This document shows, in pieces, positions 20,989 through 32,046 of a DNA stretch of 64,000 nt. The DNA comes from Oceanospirillaceae bacterium (GTDB lineage Bacteria > Pseudomonadota > Gammaproteobacteria > Pseudomonadales > Balneatricaceae). Location of the stretch: positions 14,259 through 78,258 of the forward strand of contig NYZU01000003.1 of the NCBI GenBank assembly GCA_002686055.1, in the 5' to 3' direction. Below the pieces are notes generated by a model that searched no databases, was not told the DNA's origin, and was given only the letters and a program-made list of their open reading frames with translations. The stretch's first letter is position 1, and each line of letters starts with the position of its first letter. The translations under genes were made by a program, and so were the position numbers.

Positions 20989-22713
20989 ATGATACAAATT
21001 AAGCAGCGACAAGGCCAACCTAGTCCAGCACTAAGTGCTGCTCTGCATCCCCTGCTGGCGCGCATCTATGCCCAGCGCGGGGTTGATAATCCACAGCAGC
21101 TTGATTATGGGCTGCAATATCTAACTCCCTACCATGATATGGCTGGCATGGCAGCGGCGGTAAGCATTTTGGCGCAAGCCATTACTCAGCAAAAGCATAT
21201 TGTCATTGTTGGTGACTTTGATTGTGATGGTGCCACCAGCACTAGCTTGGCTTATTTAGCGCTGGGTGCCATGGGTGCTCATAAAGTCAGTTATCTCGTA
21301 CCGAATCGTTTTACCTATGGTTATGGCTTAAGTGCTCCTTTAGTTGATGCGGCCATGGGCATGGCACCTGAGGTGATTGTCACGGTGGATAATGGTATCG
21401 CTAGCCATGAGGGTGTCGAGCGAGCTCATGCCCTTGGTTTACAGGTCGTCATTACGGATCACCATCTGGCTGGCGACAGTTTGCCTAAAGCCGATGCCAT
21501 AGTGAACCCTAACCAGCCAAATTGCCCATTTCCCCATAAATCGACAGCCGGTGTGGGAGTTATTTTCTATGTGATGAGTGCCTTACGGCGGCATTTGCAA
21601 GAGCAGGGATGGTTTCAGCAGGCTAAGATTACCGCCCCCAATATGGCTCAGTTCTTAGACTTGGTGGCCTTAGGGACAGTGGCTGATTTAGTGCCACTAG
21701 AGTATAACAATCGTATTCTTGTCGCTCAGGGTATGGCACGTATTCGTCGCGGTTTGGCGCGCCCAGGCATCCTGGCTTTGGTACAACAGGCTGGACGCCA
21801 GCTTAATCAGCTACAAGCCACGGATATGGGGTTTGTTCTAGGGCCCAGACTCAATGCGGCTGGGCGCTTGGATGATATGTCAGTAGGTATTGAGTGCTTG
21901 CTAACCAATGATAATGAGCGTGCTCAGCAGCTAGCCCAGCAGTTGGATCAGCTGAATCAACAGCGGCGCTCTATTGAAGGGGAGATGCAAGAACAAGCAG
22001 CCATTATTGTTGGTCAGCTGCAAGAAGCAGAGACTACTGAACTGCCCCCATGTGTATGCCTATTTCAGCCTGATTGGCATGAAGGTGTGGTAGGTATTGT
22101 TGCTTCCCGTATTAAAGAACGTTGGCATCGCCCAAGCCTTGTGTTTGCTCAAGGCGAGGATGGCTTATTAAAAGGTTCGGCGCGCAGTATTGCTGGGTTT
22201 CATATGCGTGATGCTTTGGCAGCCGTGGATGCAAAACATCCTCATTTAATTGAACGTTTTGGTGGTCATGCCATGGCTGCTGGTCTAAGTATCTCGTTGG
22301 ATCATTTAGAAGCCTTTAAAGAAGCTCTAAATGCCTATGCTCAAGAACATTTAGACCCAGCCTTATTAGCCCGAACCTGGCGCACAGATGGGGTCTTAGA
22401 GTCCCATGATTTGCAACTACAACAAGCACAACTCTTAGCCACTGCAGGGCCATGGGGTCAAGCCTTTGAAGCACCCAGTTTTCATGGTGATTTTGACCTT
22501 ATTCAACAGCGCATTGTGGGGCAAAAGCATTTAAAGATGGTGGTCGCACAACAGGAAACTGGGGAATTGATTGATGCCATCTGTTTTAATGTCGATTTGT
22601 CCATTTGGCCAGGTGAATATCAGCGCGTAAGGTTGGTTTATCGTATGGATGTTAATGAATTTCGTGGTCGGCAGAGTTTGCAATTGATTGTTGAGGCTAT
22701 GGCGCCGCTGTAG
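20989..22713 (+). CDS. recJ: ssDNA-specific exonuclease RecJ
   Basis: GDFDCDGATS, TVDNGI, ITDHH, LGTVAD, PRLNAAGRL, FGGHAMAAG. Confidence 0.97.
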   Translation: MIQIKQRQGQPSPALSAALHPLLARIYAQRGVDNPQQLDYGLQYLTPYHDMAGMAAAVSILAQAITQQKHIVIVGDFDCDGATSTSLAYLALGAMGAHKVSYLVPNRFTYGYGLSAPLVDAAMGMAPEVIVTVDNGIASHEGVERAHALGLQVVITDHHLAGDSLPKADAIVNPNQPNCPFPHKSTAGVGVIFYVMSALRRHLQEQGWFQQAKITAPNMAQFLDLVALGTVADLVPLEYNNRILVAQGMARIRRGLARPGILALVQQAGRQLNQLQATDMGFVLGPRLNAAGRLDDMSVGIECLLTNDNERAQQLAQQLDQLNQQRRSIEGEMQEQAAIIVGQLQEAETTELPPCVCLFQPDWHEGVVGIVASRIKERWHRPSLVFAQGEDGLLKGSARSIAGFHMRDALAAVDAKHPHLIERFGGHAMAAGLSISLDHLEAFKEALNAYAQEHLDPALLARTWRTDGVLESHDLQLQQAQLLATAGPWGQAFEAPSFHGDFDLIQQRIVGQKHLKMVVAQQETGELIDAICFNVDLSIWPGEYQRVRLVYRMDVNEFRGRQSLQLIVEAMAPL

Positions 22714-22761
22714 GTTTTGCTATGCGGTAAAGCAAGTTATCGATCGAGATTGGCAAACCCA

Positions 22762-23034
22762 TTACCAAAGATCGAGTTGGGGTGGCCTAGGATCGTCAAA
22801 ATCAAACTCGAAGTTCTCTTCAGCCAGCTCTTGGCGTCGTGCCTGCACACGTTGGTAGCGGCGAGCACACAATTTCATAATATGTAATTTTTCTGCCACA
22901 CTAAATTGATGCCAGTGGAAACGCTCATCCCGCGAGCGCATACAGCCTTTGCAATAGCCTTTTGGACTATTTTCACAAACGCCGATACATGGGCTAGGGG
23001 CACTAAAAAGCTCTGACTGTTCCATGGCGCGCAA
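22762..23034 (-). CDS. DUF1289 family small Cys-rich protein
   Basis: PSPCIGVC...GYCKGCMRSRDERFHW pattern. Confidence 0.8.
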   Translation of the reverse strand: MRAMEQSELFSAPSPCIGVCENSPKGYCKGCMRSRDERFHWHQFSVAEKLHIMKLCARRYQRVQARRQELAEENFEFDFDDPRPPQLDLW

Positions 23035-23136
23035 TATAGCAGATTAGGCCTCAAGGGTATATAGAACGGCTATACTATAACTTTTGTGAATGTGGCTGTA
23101 TGACCCTTGCATAGTATGGTTTCTCCGTATGTTTAA

Positions 23137-24210
23137 TTATTCAGGCACGGTAAATTTGGCGACCATGGGCAGATGGTCGGAAATATGCCAAGTGTTTTCC
23201 TGCAACACCTGACCCTGTAAATCATCTAGATTGTCAGCATGGACAAAAAAATCTATGGTTCGGTCAGGTGCAACGGCTTCCTTTCGATTAGGGAAATGGG
23301 TAAACCACTGTCTGGCATTTTCTCCCGTGGCTTGTTCGATACTCGGCACTACTTTAAAACCATCGTAGATACTGGCTAATTCGGAGTTAGCTTGATAGTA
23401 ATTGCGATCAGCCTCAGGTAATAGCTTATATTGACCGGGTGGCAGTAAGTTAAAGTCGCCGGCGATTAACCAAGGCTCAGCTTGGTCTTTTTGGCTTAAT
23501 AGCTCCTGCAGATAGGCTACTTGTTGCTGCATAGTGTCTGAACCTTGGGCAAAAGCATCAAAATGGGTGTTCATAAGGGTTAAAGGTTGGCCCCCATAGA
23601 CGGGTATTTGGACTTCTTGAATAGCGCGTTTAAAGTTAAATTCATCATACAGTGGGAAGGTTTTAATGGTCGCTAACTGGTGCCTTAATGCCGTATCGAT
23701 TCGGTATTTGGATATAACGGCCAGCTTCATGCCAACAGATCCCATTATTTGCGGTAAGGGCACAAAGTCAGCTTGCCAATAAAAAGCTTCGGTGTAGTTT
23801 GCATAGTCCTTGGGTAACATCCCTAGCAAGCGTTGTAATTGGTCTTCATAATCCGTGCGCACAGCCCCATCATGGAGTTCCTGCAGCAAAATAATATCGG
23901 GGTTTTGGGCCTCAATAACCCTAACGACTTCCTGGTATGTGGCCTCAATATCCTCGCGGCTAGGGCGGACATCTGGGCCGCTACCATCAATACGGTCATA
24001 CCAGAACTCATAGTTCTTACTCGCCATATATTGCACATTCCAACTCAGCACTTTTAAGTTTTGCCCACCTTGCAGCATTGGTGCATCAGGGTGGTTATAA
24101 ACTTTTTCATTTTGTAGGGGTGGTGGATGAAAGGTAATGGCCCAAACTAGAATAGTTAAAGCCACTATTATTAGCAGTAAACTTGCACTTATTATTTTTA
24201 TAATTCGCAT
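23137..24210 (-). CDS. Membrane-anchored endonuclease/exonuclease/phosphatase family protein
   Basis: N-terminal TM; SWNV, DIILLQE, NTH, AGDFN, IDF, SDHLP motifs. Confidence 0.88.
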   Translation of the reverse strand: MRIIKIISASLLLIIVALTILVWAITFHPPPLQNEKVYNHPDAPMLQGGQNLKVLSWNVQYMASKNYEFWYDRIDGSGPDVRPSREDIEATYQEVVRVIEAQNPDIILLQELHDGAVRTDYEDQLQRLLGMLPKDYANYTEAFYWQADFVPLPQIMGSVGMKLAVISKYRIDTALRHQLATIKTFPLYDEFNFKRAIQEVQIPVYGGQPLTLMNTHFDAFAQGSDTMQQQVAYLQELLSQKDQAEPWLIAGDFNLLPPGQYKLLPEADRNYYQANSELASIYDGFKVVPSIEQATGENARQWFTHFPNRKEAVAPDRTIDFFVHADNLDDLQGQVLQENTWHISDHLPMVAKFTVPE

Positions 24211-24226
24211 CTTTATTGGGTCCTAT

Positions 24227-25150
24227 TTATAGCCCCCGTAGGGTTTTTATATGTTGCTCAACGGAGGCCGCCAGAGCTTGCAAATGATAACCTCCCTCAA
24301 GCATACTCACTAGCCTACCTTGAGCATGGCTGCGTCCTTGATCCATAATCAGTTCAGTTACCCAGGCATAATCGGCTTCGACTAAGTTTAGATTGGCCAA
24401 AGGGTCGAGGCGATGAGCGTCAAAGCCAGCCGAGACAAAAATCATATCAGGTTTATGGCTTTGCAAGGCAGGCAACCAATGCTGCTCGATGGCGTGGCGA
24501 AATTCTCGACTACCACTGCCAGCTTCAAGGGGACAATGTATTAGGTGCTCAGCCAGGGTATCATGATGGCGCATAGGGTAGTGGGGATGCTGATAACTTG
24601 AACATACCAATACCCGCGGATCATTAGCAAAAATATCCACTGTGCCATTGCCATGGTGAACATCAAAATCCAGAATCGCTACGCGCTCAATATTGTCCTG
24701 TTGCAGGGCATAGAGGGCAGCAATAGCAATATTATTAAACAAACAAAATCCCATTGGTAAATCATGTTCAGCATGATGCCCCGGTGGTCTGACCGCACAA
24801 AAAGCATTATTGATTTTTCCCTCTAGCACAGCTTTGGTGGCTGCAAGGCCTGCACCCGCGGCGAGCAGGGCAGCATCAAGGGAGTGGGCATTCATACTGG
24901 TATCAGCATCAAGACTCACAATGCCAGTACTTGGGGCTGTATCATGCACCAGTTGGATACTGCTAGCAGTGTGTGCCATGGATAAATCTGCTTTTTCAGC
25001 TGGTGCTGGGTGCATAGCTTGCAAGTCTTGCAACAGACCACCGGCTTCTAACAGCTCATGAATAGCACGCAGACGTTGGGGGCTTTCTGGATGGCCAGCA
25101 CCCATATCATGTTGTTGGCAGTCCGGATGCGTAAAATAGCCTGTAATCAT
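24227..25150 (-). CDS. Histone deacetylase family amidohydrolase
   Basis: HPESPQRL, RPPGHHA, GFCLFNN, DFDVHHGNGT, SAGFDAH, LEGGY. Confidence 0.93.
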   Translation of the reverse strand: MITGYFTHPDCQQHDMGAGHPESPQRLRAIHELLEAGGLLQDLQAMHPAPAEKADLSMAHTASSIQLVHDTAPSTGIVSLDADTSMNAHSLDAALLAAGAGLAATKAVLEGKINNAFCAVRPPGHHAEHDLPMGFCLFNNIAIAALYALQQDNIERVAILDFDVHHGNGTVDIFANDPRVLVCSSYQHPHYPMRHHDTLAEHLIHCPLEAGSGSREFRHAIEQHWLPALQSHKPDMIFVSAGFDAHRLDPLANLNLVEADYAWVTELIMDQGRSHAQGRLVSMLEGGYHLQALAASVEQHIKTLRGL

Positions 25151-25329
25151 GGTTTTACCTATGCTTGTTTGGTATCTCTACTCTACACTGTCATATTTAT
25201 CTTGTCAGGCCTTTCCTGATCAGATTAATATGGCACCTTGGTAAATATAACCATGCCACTCTTTAGGCCAAGTAGACAAGGCAAAAGGGATGCCCATGGG
25301 CTATAAACGGAGAATGGAGCTTAGACAGC

Positions 25330-27012
25330 ATGTCACAAGATTTTGATTATATTATTGTTGGTGCAGGTTCTGCTGGCTGTGTGCTAGCCGATCGTCTCTC
25401 CGCTTGTGGCAATTATCGCGTCTTGCTATTAGAGGCAGGGGGTAGTGATCGTAGCATTTTTATTCAAATGCCCACGGCCTTGTCTTATCCCATGAATACG
25501 GAAAAGTATGCTTGGCAGTTTCATACGGAACAAGAACCTGGTTTAGACGAACGGGTAATGCATTGTCCCCGTGGCAAAGTTATGGGCGGCTCTTCTTCCA
25601 TAAATGGTATGGTGTATGTGCGTGGCCATGCCATGGATTATGATGAGTGGCAGCAACAAGGTGCTGATGGTTGGAGCTATGCTGATTGCCTACCCTATTT
25701 TAAGCGAGCTGAAACCTGGCAGGATGGAGCAGATACCTATCGTGGTGGTGATGGCCCCGTTGGCACTTGTGGCGGTAATAATATGCGCCTAAACCCATTG
25801 TATCAGGCATTTATTGATGCTGGTGAGCAAGCTGGTTATCCCACTACATCTGATTTTAATGGTTATCAACAAGAAGGTTTTGGGGCCATGCATATGAATG
25901 TGGACAAAGGTGTACGTGCGTCCACTGCTAATGCATATTTAAAGCCTGCCCGGCGCCGAAAAAATCTGACAGTGTTAAGCAAAGTGACCGTGCAAAAAGT
26001 TCTCTTTGAGGGCAAACGGGCAACGGGAATAGCCTATAAACAAGCTGGTAAAGCTTATACAGTTATGGCGCATAAAGAAGTTATCCTCAGTGCGGGAGCC
26101 ATTGCTTCACCACAGCTGTTGCAGGTTTCAGGTATTGGCCCTAAGTCAGTACTAGAAGCAGCAGGAGTGCCCGTATTGCATGAACTGCCAGGTGTTGGAG
26201 AGAACCTGCAAGATCATCTTGAGGTTTACTTTCAATATCGTTGTAAACAACCCATCAGCCTCAATTCCAAACTCGATTATTTTAATATGGGCTTAATTGG
26301 TGCCCGTTGGCTTTTATTTAAATCTGGCTTGGGGGCAACCAATCACTTTGAGTCTTGTGGTTTTATCCGTTCCCGTGCTGGTTTGCAGTGGCCCAATATT
26401 CAATATCATTTTCTGCCTGCAGCTATGCGCTATGATGGTCAGGCAGCGTTTAGTGGCCATGGCTATCAAGTGCATGTTGGCCCCAATAAGCCGTCTAGTC
26501 GCGGCCATGTGCATATTCACTCTGCAGATATGGCTGAGGCGCCAGAGATTGTCTTTAATTACCTGACCCATGAACAAGACCGCCAAGATTGGCGTGATAC
26601 TATCCGGCTGACGCGGGAAATTTTAAATCAACCTGCCTTTGATATGTTTAAGGAAGATGAGATTCAACCTGGTTTTGATGTGGAAAATGATGAGCAAATT
26701 GATGCTTGGGTTAGGGCTAATGTGGAAAGTGCTTATCACCCTTCCTGTACCTGTAAAATGGGTGCTGATAATGACCCCTTAGCCGTGTTGGATAGCCAAT
26801 GTCGGGTACGAGGTATACAAGGCCTGCGAGTGGTGGATGCGTCTGTATTCCCCACTATTACTAATGGTAATCTAAATGCCCCAACTATGATGGTGGCTGA
26901 AAAAGCCGCTGATATGATTCTAGACAAGGCACCTTTAGCACCCCTTAATGTGGATGTGTGGCTCGATCAGCAATGGCAAGAGCAGCAGCGGCCGGGTAAA
27001 CCCCTGCGCTAA
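25330..27012 (+). CDS. betA: Choline dehydrogenase
   Basis: GAGSAG FAD motif, [50 protein letters not shown]. Confidence 0.93.
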   Translation: MSQDFDYIIVGAGSAGCVLADRLSACGNYRVLLLEAGGSDRSIFIQMPTALSYPMNTEKYAWQFHTEQEPGLDERVMHCPRGKVMGGSSSINGMVYVRGHAMDYDEWQQQGADGWSYADCLPYFKRAETWQDGADTYRGGDGPVGTCGGNNMRLNPLYQAFIDAGEQAGYPTTSDFNGYQQEGFGAMHMNVDKGVRASTANAYLKPARRRKNLTVLSKVTVQKVLFEGKRATGIAYKQAGKAYTVMAHKEVILSAGAIASPQLLQVSGIGPKSVLEAAGVPVLHELPGVGENLQDHLEVYFQYRCKQPISLNSKLDYFNMGLIGARWLLFKSGLGATNHFESCGFIRSRAGLQWPNIQYHFLPAAMRYDGQAAFSGHGYQVHVGPNKPSSRGHVHIHSADMAEAPEIVFNYLTHEQDRQDWRDTIRLTREILNQPAFDMFKEDEIQPGFDVENDEQIDAWVRANVESAYHPSCTCKMGADNDPLAVLDSQCRVRGIQGLRVVDASVFPTITNGNLNAPTMMVAEKAADMILDKAPLAPLNVDVWLDQQWQEQQRPGKPLR

Positions 27013-27040
27013 ACATCTATACTAGGTATGGTTGGGGGAA

Positions 27041-27069
27041 TTTACCCGACCTCGTTACTGGGTTATAAT
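27041..27069 (+). promoter_or_regulatory. Putative sigma70 promoter for trhP
   Basis: TTTACC-17 bp-TATAAT, 32 bp upstream of the start. Confidence 0.5.
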
Positions 27070-27101
27070 GCGCATCCTGCAATTTTGCCCGAGATAATGC
27101 C

Positions 27102-28451
27102 TTGAAAGCCCCAGAATTACTGGCTCCTGCTGGTACCCTTGCCCATCTTGATTACGCCTATGCTTATGGCGCTGATGCTGTATATGCTGGTATGCCACGT
27201 TATGGCCTACGCGTGCGTGAAAATGATTTTGATATGCAGAATCTGCAAGTTGGTATTGATAAGGCCCACGGCTTAGGTAAAAAGATTTATATTACCGCCA
27301 ATATATTGCCTCACAATAGCAAAATCAAAACCTTTGTTAAGGACTTAACTCCCATGGTGGAGATGGGGCCTGATGCTTTAATTATGGCCGACCCAGGGTT
27401 GATGATGATGGCCCGGGAAGCGTGGCCAGATATGCCTATTCACCTGTCAGTGCAATCAAATACCATTAACTATGCTACGGTTAAATTTTGGGAAACCATG
27501 GGTGTCGAGCGCATTATTCTATCCCGTGAGCTTTCCCTCGATGAAGTAGAAGAAATACGCCAGCAGTGCCCAGATATGGAATTAGAAGTATTTGTCCATG
27601 GTGCCTTGTGTATTGCTTACTCTGGCCGTTGTCTGTTATCCGGCTATATGAATCATCGTGACCCTAACCAAGGCACCTGTACCAATGCTTGCCGTTGGAA
27701 ATACAACGAAGTAGAAGGTCAAGACCATGAAAGTGGTGATATTCAAGCAGTGCAATATGCCGAAGCCGAAACCAAAGCGGCTGAGGGTGTTGGGGTAGAA
27801 AAAAGTGTTGGCGATATTGACCGCATCCTGATTGAGGAAGAAGGCCGCCCCGGTGAATCCATGGTGATGGAAGAAGATGATCATGGTACTTATATCATGA
27901 ATTCCAAGGATCTGCGTGCCGTAGAGCATGTCGAACGCTTGGCCAAAATTGGGGTTGATTGCTTAAAGATTGAAGGGCGTACCAAGTCCATCAACTATGT
28001 CTCCCGCGTCACCCAATCTTATCGTCAGGCCATTGATGATGCAGTGGCTGGGCGTGAATTTGACCCATCTCTATTCGGTAAGCTAGAGAACTTAGCTAGC
28101 CGTGGCTACACCGATGGTTTTTTCCAGCGTCACCATACCCATGAATACCAAAACTATGTGCAGGGCCATTCCAAAGAAAGCCGCCAAAAGCTGGTGGGTG
28201 AAGTGATTGGCTATGATAATGATGCAGGTATGCTGGAACTTATGTCTAAGAACCAGCTGCTAAAAGGTGATCGCGTTGAGCTTATTTTGCCTCAAGGTAA
28301 CCGCGAAATTACAGTTAATGAGTTACAAAAAATCGATGGTGCAGAGCTAGAGAAAATTCCTGGTGGTGGTATAAAATTCCGCTTACCCGTGGATGCTGCC
28401 AGTTTAGATTTGGACTCTGTACAATATGGCCTGTTGGCTAAATTTCTGTAA
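27102..28451 (+). CDS. trhP: tRNA hydroxylation protein TrhP (YegQ, peptidase U32 family)
   Basis: PELLAPAG, HGALCIAYSGRCLLS, NQGTCTNACRW, MNSKDL, KIEGRTKS. Confidence 0.92.
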   Translation: MKAPELLAPAGTLAHLDYAYAYGADAVYAGMPRYGLRVRENDFDMQNLQVGIDKAHGLGKKIYITANILPHNSKIKTFVKDLTPMVEMGPDALIMADPGLMMMAREAWPDMPIHLSVQSNTINYATVKFWETMGVERIILSRELSLDEVEEIRQQCPDMELEVFVHGALCIAYSGRCLLSGYMNHRDPNQGTCTNACRWKYNEVEGQDHESGDIQAVQYAEAETKAAEGVGVEKSVGDIDRILIEEEGRPGESMVMEEDDHGTYIMNSKDLRAVEHVERLAKIGVDCLKIEGRTKSINYVSRVTQSYRQAIDDAVAGREFDPSLFGKLENLASRGYTDGFFQRHHTHEYQNYVQGHSKESRQKLVGEVIGYDNDAGMLELMSKNQLLKGDRVELILPQGNREITVNELQKIDGAELEKIPGGGIKFRLPVDAASLDLDSVQYGLLAKFL

Positions 28452-28484
28452 TACATTCAACTAGTTTATTTTCTTCGCAAATAC

Positions 28485-28517
28485 AAAAAGGGCACTCAAT
28501 TAGTGCCCTATTTTTTT
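28485..28517. terminator. Bidirectional rho-independent terminator between convergent trhP and yqjG
   Basis: A run, AGGGCACT-CAATT-AGTGCCCT stem-loop, T run. Confidence 0.8.
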
Positions 28518-28535
28518 ATTTCAAACTAGGGTCGT

Positions 28536-29519
28536 CTACTTATTTTTGCTACGCTGATGCGGTGCCATAAAGTCCAAAGCTGGGCCTTTTGGGACTACGC
28601 CAGTTGGGTTAATCATATCGTGGCTGGCGTAATAGTGAGATTTGATATGGTGCATATCAACTGTCTCGGCGACACCGGGTTGTTGATAAAGATCCCGCAA
28701 ATAACCCCATAAATTGGGCATATCCACAATGCGGTTACGGTTGCACTTAAAATGGCCTACATAGACAGCATCAAAGCGCACAAGGGTAGTAAATAAGCGC
28801 CAGTCAGCTTCGGTAATACTATCGCCAGTTAGATAGCGTGTATGACTTAGTTGCGCCTCTAGCTTGTCTAAGTAGTCAAATAACTGATGGTAAGCTTCTT
28901 CATAGGCAGCCTGAGTCGTAGCAAAGCCAGTTCGATAAACACCATTATTAATATTTGGATAAATTAATGTATTCCAATCATCAATTTGTTCTTGTAACTC
29001 TGCTGGATAAAGATCTAGCTGAGTAGCGCCAAGATGATTAAAGGCAATATTAAACATGCGGATAATTTCCGATGACTCATTGCTAACAATGGTTTGTTGC
29101 TGCTTATCCCACAGAATAGGCACTGTGACGCGGCCGGTATAGTCTGCCATGGCATGGGTATATAGCTGATGGGCAAATTGAAAATTATTAATCTTGTCTG
29201 CGATACGGGGATCTTCATTATCTTCGAAGACCCAGCCTTGGCTGTGCATATAAGGGCTAACGATGGATACACCAATCATATCTTCTAGGCCCTTTAAACG
29301 ACGATAGATAAGGGTTCGATGAGCCCATGGGCAAGCTAGGGAGACATAAAGATGGTAGCGCCCCGGTTCGGCTTTAAAGCCTGCGCTGCCAGAGGGGCCA
29401 GCACTGCCATCAGCGGTAATCCAGTTGCGGAAGGCCGCTTCTGAACGCACAAAGCGGCCTTTGGATTGCTTGGTATCGTACCACTTATCGTGCCATTCAC
29501 CGTTGATTAGTAATCCCAT
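28536..29519 (-). CDS. yqjG: Glutathionyl-hydroquinone reductase (Xi-class GST)
   Basis: GRYHLYVSLACPWAHR, GRVTVPILWD, NESSEIIRM, NNGVYRTGFA, HIKSHYY. Confidence 0.93.
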   Translation of the reverse strand: MGLLINGEWHDKWYDTKQSKGRFVRSEAAFRNWITADGSAGPSGSAGFKAEPGRYHLYVSLACPWAHRTLIYRRLKGLEDMIGVSIVSPYMHSQGWVFEDNEDPRIADKINNFQFAHQLYTHAMADYTGRVTVPILWDKQQQTIVSNESSEIIRMFNIAFNHLGATQLDLYPAELQEQIDDWNTLIYPNINNGVYRTGFATTQAAYEEAYHQLFDYLDKLEAQLSHTRYLTGDSITEADWRLFTTLVRFDAVYVGHFKCNRNRIVDMPNLWGYLRDLYQQPGVAETVDMHHIKSHYYASHDMINPTGVVPKGPALDFMAPHQRSKNK

Positions 29520-29528
29520 TATGGTCTC

Positions 29529-30374
29529 CTAAAGAAAATTGCCAGTTTGAAAGTCGGTAAAGGCTTGATGCACTTCTTCACGGGTATTCATCACAAAAGG
29601 CCCACCTTTGGCTACGGGTTCGCCAATAGGATTACCTGCCACCAATAAAACCCGCGTATCGGGTCTGCTAGCCAGCAAGTTCACACTATCACCTGTACCA
29701 AGAATAGCTAACTCGCCTTGATTCAGTAGTTTATTGCCAATGCTAATAGCGCCATTAATAATAAACACAAAGGCATTGGCTGTGTGGTTAACGGGCTGGG
29801 TAAATTGACCTGCTTGAGGCAAAGAAATATCCATATAAATGGGTTCTATATCCAATTGCTTAACCGGGCCTTGGGTGCCAGCGGCAGTTGTGCCAGAGAC
29901 AACACGCACTAAGCCACCATTATCTAGCTGCTCTTCAGCAAGTTCCTCGGCGGCAAATTCCTGATAATTGGGAGCACTCATTTTGTCTTTGGCTGGGAGG
30001 TTTACCCACAGTTGAAAACCCTGCATTAGGCCTTCTTCCTGCTCTGGCATTTCTTCATGAATTACCCCGCGGCCAGCACTCATCCATTGCACCCCATGTT
30101 GTTCAATAACGCCTTCGTTGCCCATGCTGTCTTTATGACGGATACGTCCAGCCAACATATAGGTGACGGTCTGAAAACCTCGGTGAGGATGGGAAGGAAA
30201 GCCAGCTATATATTGGTCCGGTATATCACTAGAAAAGAAATCTAGCATCAAAAATGGATCTACCATATCCAAATAAGGCGTACCAATTAATCGTGTAAGG
30301 TTAACGCCAGCGCCGTCGCTGGTAGGCATTCCCTTAACGCGATGCATTATCTGTCGCTCAATAGTCATAACCAT
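29529..30374 (-). CDS. Pirin family protein
   Basis: DPFLMLD, GFPSHPHRGFQTVTY, WMSAGRGVIHEEMP, QLWVNLP, GPFVMNT. Confidence 0.94.
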   Translation of the reverse strand: MVMTIERQIMHRVKGMPTSDGAGVNLTRLIGTPYLDMVDPFLMLDFFSSDIPDQYIAGFPSHPHRGFQTVTYMLAGRIRHKDSMGNEGVIEQHGVQWMSAGRGVIHEEMPEQEEGLMQGFQLWVNLPAKDKMSAPNYQEFAAEELAEEQLDNGGLVRVVSGTTAAGTQGPVKQLDIEPIYMDISLPQAGQFTQPVNHTANAFVFIINGAISIGNKLLNQGELAILGTGDSVNLLASRPDTRVLLVAGNPIGEPVAKGGPFVMNTREEVHQAFTDFQTGNFL

Positions 30375-30579
30375 ATCCTCCTATTATTGGCGCTAAGCAA
30401 TAGCCACCAATCTCAGCCACTAACATAAGCAACCAAGCTCTGCATATAAATGGCCAATCTGTCAGTTGTTATACTGATTACGCAAGCTGTGCTTTCACTT
30501 AACCAATAACCTCTTACATTTAATATACTTATATTATTAGATTGAAATTAATTGATAAATAGGCCATATTGAAAACTAC

Positions 30580-30598
30580 TGTTTCAAAAATGGAAACA
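30580..30598. promoter_or_regulatory. Candidate LysR recognition site
   Basis: TGTTTC-N7-GAAACA inverted repeat immediately upstream of the LysR start, in the divergent intergenic region. Confidence 0.55.
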
Positions 30599-30605
30599 AT
30601 GATTT

Positions 30606-31511
30606 ATGGGACGTTTTGAGAAAATACAGATCTTTGTGCGAATTGTAGACGCTGGCAGTATTAGCCGTGCGGCACAACAATTACATATGACCAAGTCTTC
30701 CGTAAGCAAAGCCTTATCCAGTTTGGAGCAGGATTTAGGCGTTAAACTGCTGGCTCGCACCACCCGTAGCCAAAGCCTGACGGATAGTGGCGAAGGCTTT
30801 TATCAACATGCGCAACGTATATTGCCAGAAGTAGACGCGTTATTTGCTGATACAGAAGCAGGAGATACGGCTGTTAAAGGGCATCTTAAGGTCTCCGTAC
30901 CTTTATCATTTGGTATTGAACATTTAAGTCCTGCGCTACAAGCATTTATGCTGCAGTACCCGCAAGTGCAATTGGAAGTTTTTTATGATGATGCGCGGAC
31001 AGATCTCGTAGAGGGTGGCTTTGATTTAGCCTTTCGCATAGGCTCACTGTCGGATTCTTTATTACAGGCTAAACGTATTTGCCCAATCGGCTTTTCTATT
31101 TGTGCGAGCCCAGATTACCTAGCCCAAAATGGCCCTATTCAACAAGTTGAGCAATTAGAAGCACATCCATTTCTTAAGTACGCATCATTTGCTTCTAGTC
31201 GTTTTACTTGGACAAGTGCCGATGCAGAAACCTTTTCAGTAAATCTAAATACCCGCTTTATTGCCAATAATGGGGAAGCCCTTTTGCATATGGCTGAGCA
31301 AGGCTTAGGGGTTGCAGTTATACCTAATTTTATTGCCTACAAAGCCCTACAAGCGGGTCGCTTGGTGGCCATTTTAAAGGATACCCCTCTCCCGGTGGAG
31401 AGTGCTTGGGCGGTTTATCCACAAACCCGTTATTTACCCCAGCGTACACGGTTATTTATTGATCATTTGGTAGATTGGTTTGCTGGGGAGCCTTATTGGG
31501 AGCAAAGTTAG
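30606..31511 (+). CDS. LysR family transcriptional regulator
   Basis: FVRIVDAGSISRAAQQLHMTKSSVSKALSSLE HTH, LLARTTR, DLVEGGFDLAFRIG; divergent from pirin-yqjG. Confidence 0.95.
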   Translation: MGRFEKIQIFVRIVDAGSISRAAQQLHMTKSSVSKALSSLEQDLGVKLLARTTRSQSLTDSGEGFYQHAQRILPEVDALFADTEAGDTAVKGHLKVSVPLSFGIEHLSPALQAFMLQYPQVQLEVFYDDARTDLVEGGFDLAFRIGSLSDSLLQAKRICPIGFSICASPDYLAQNGPIQQVEQLEAHPFLKYASFASSRFTWTSADAETFSVNLNTRFIANNGEALLHMAEQGLGVAVIPNFIAYKALQAGRLVAILKDTPLPVESAWAVYPQTRYLPQRTRLFIDHLVDWFAGEPYWEQS

Positions 31512-31540
31512 TATTGAGTTCTTTAAGCCGATATATTGAG

Positions 31541-31879
31541 TTAGTGGGTTACCGTTGAAAATAATTGCATAATAATGACGCCTGCTAAAATTAGGGAGAT
31601 ACCAATAATGGCAGGCATATCCAGTTGCTGACCAAAAAAATAGCGACCAATAAGGGTAATAAAGACTATCCCTAAACCAGACCAGATAGCATAAGCGATA
31701 CCTACGGGAATGACTTTTAGGGTCAAGGCCAGAAAGTAAAAACTTAAACCATAAGCTACTACTAAACCTATGGAAGGGCCGATCTTAGTAAATCCTTCTG
31801 ATGCCTTAAGCAGACTTGTGCCAGCCACTTCTGCAGCAATGGCCAAGGTCAAAAATATCCAGTTTTTCATATACATCAT
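31541..31879 (-). CDS. SMR family small multidrug efflux protein
   Basis: WIFLTLAIAAEVAGTSLLKASEGFT (conserved Glu), IPVGIAYAIWSGLG; 4 TMs. Confidence 0.92.
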   Translation of the reverse strand: MMYMKNWIFLTLAIAAEVAGTSLLKASEGFTKIGPSIGLVVAYGLSFYFLALTLKVIPVGIAYAIWSGLGIVFITLIGRYFFGQQLDMPAIIGISLILAGVIIMQLFSTVTH

Positions 31880-32046
31880 TCCTAATTAAACATCTTTTGA
31901 TTGTGCCTATTAGCATTGCCCAATGCAATGACCAATAAAAAATTATGCCTTTGCTAGCAAAACAAATGGACAGAGTGAATTATCCTCATATATATTCTGA
32001 ATCTGATAATGATAAAAAAGAGTTTGGCCTTTGGGGGTTTAAAAAT

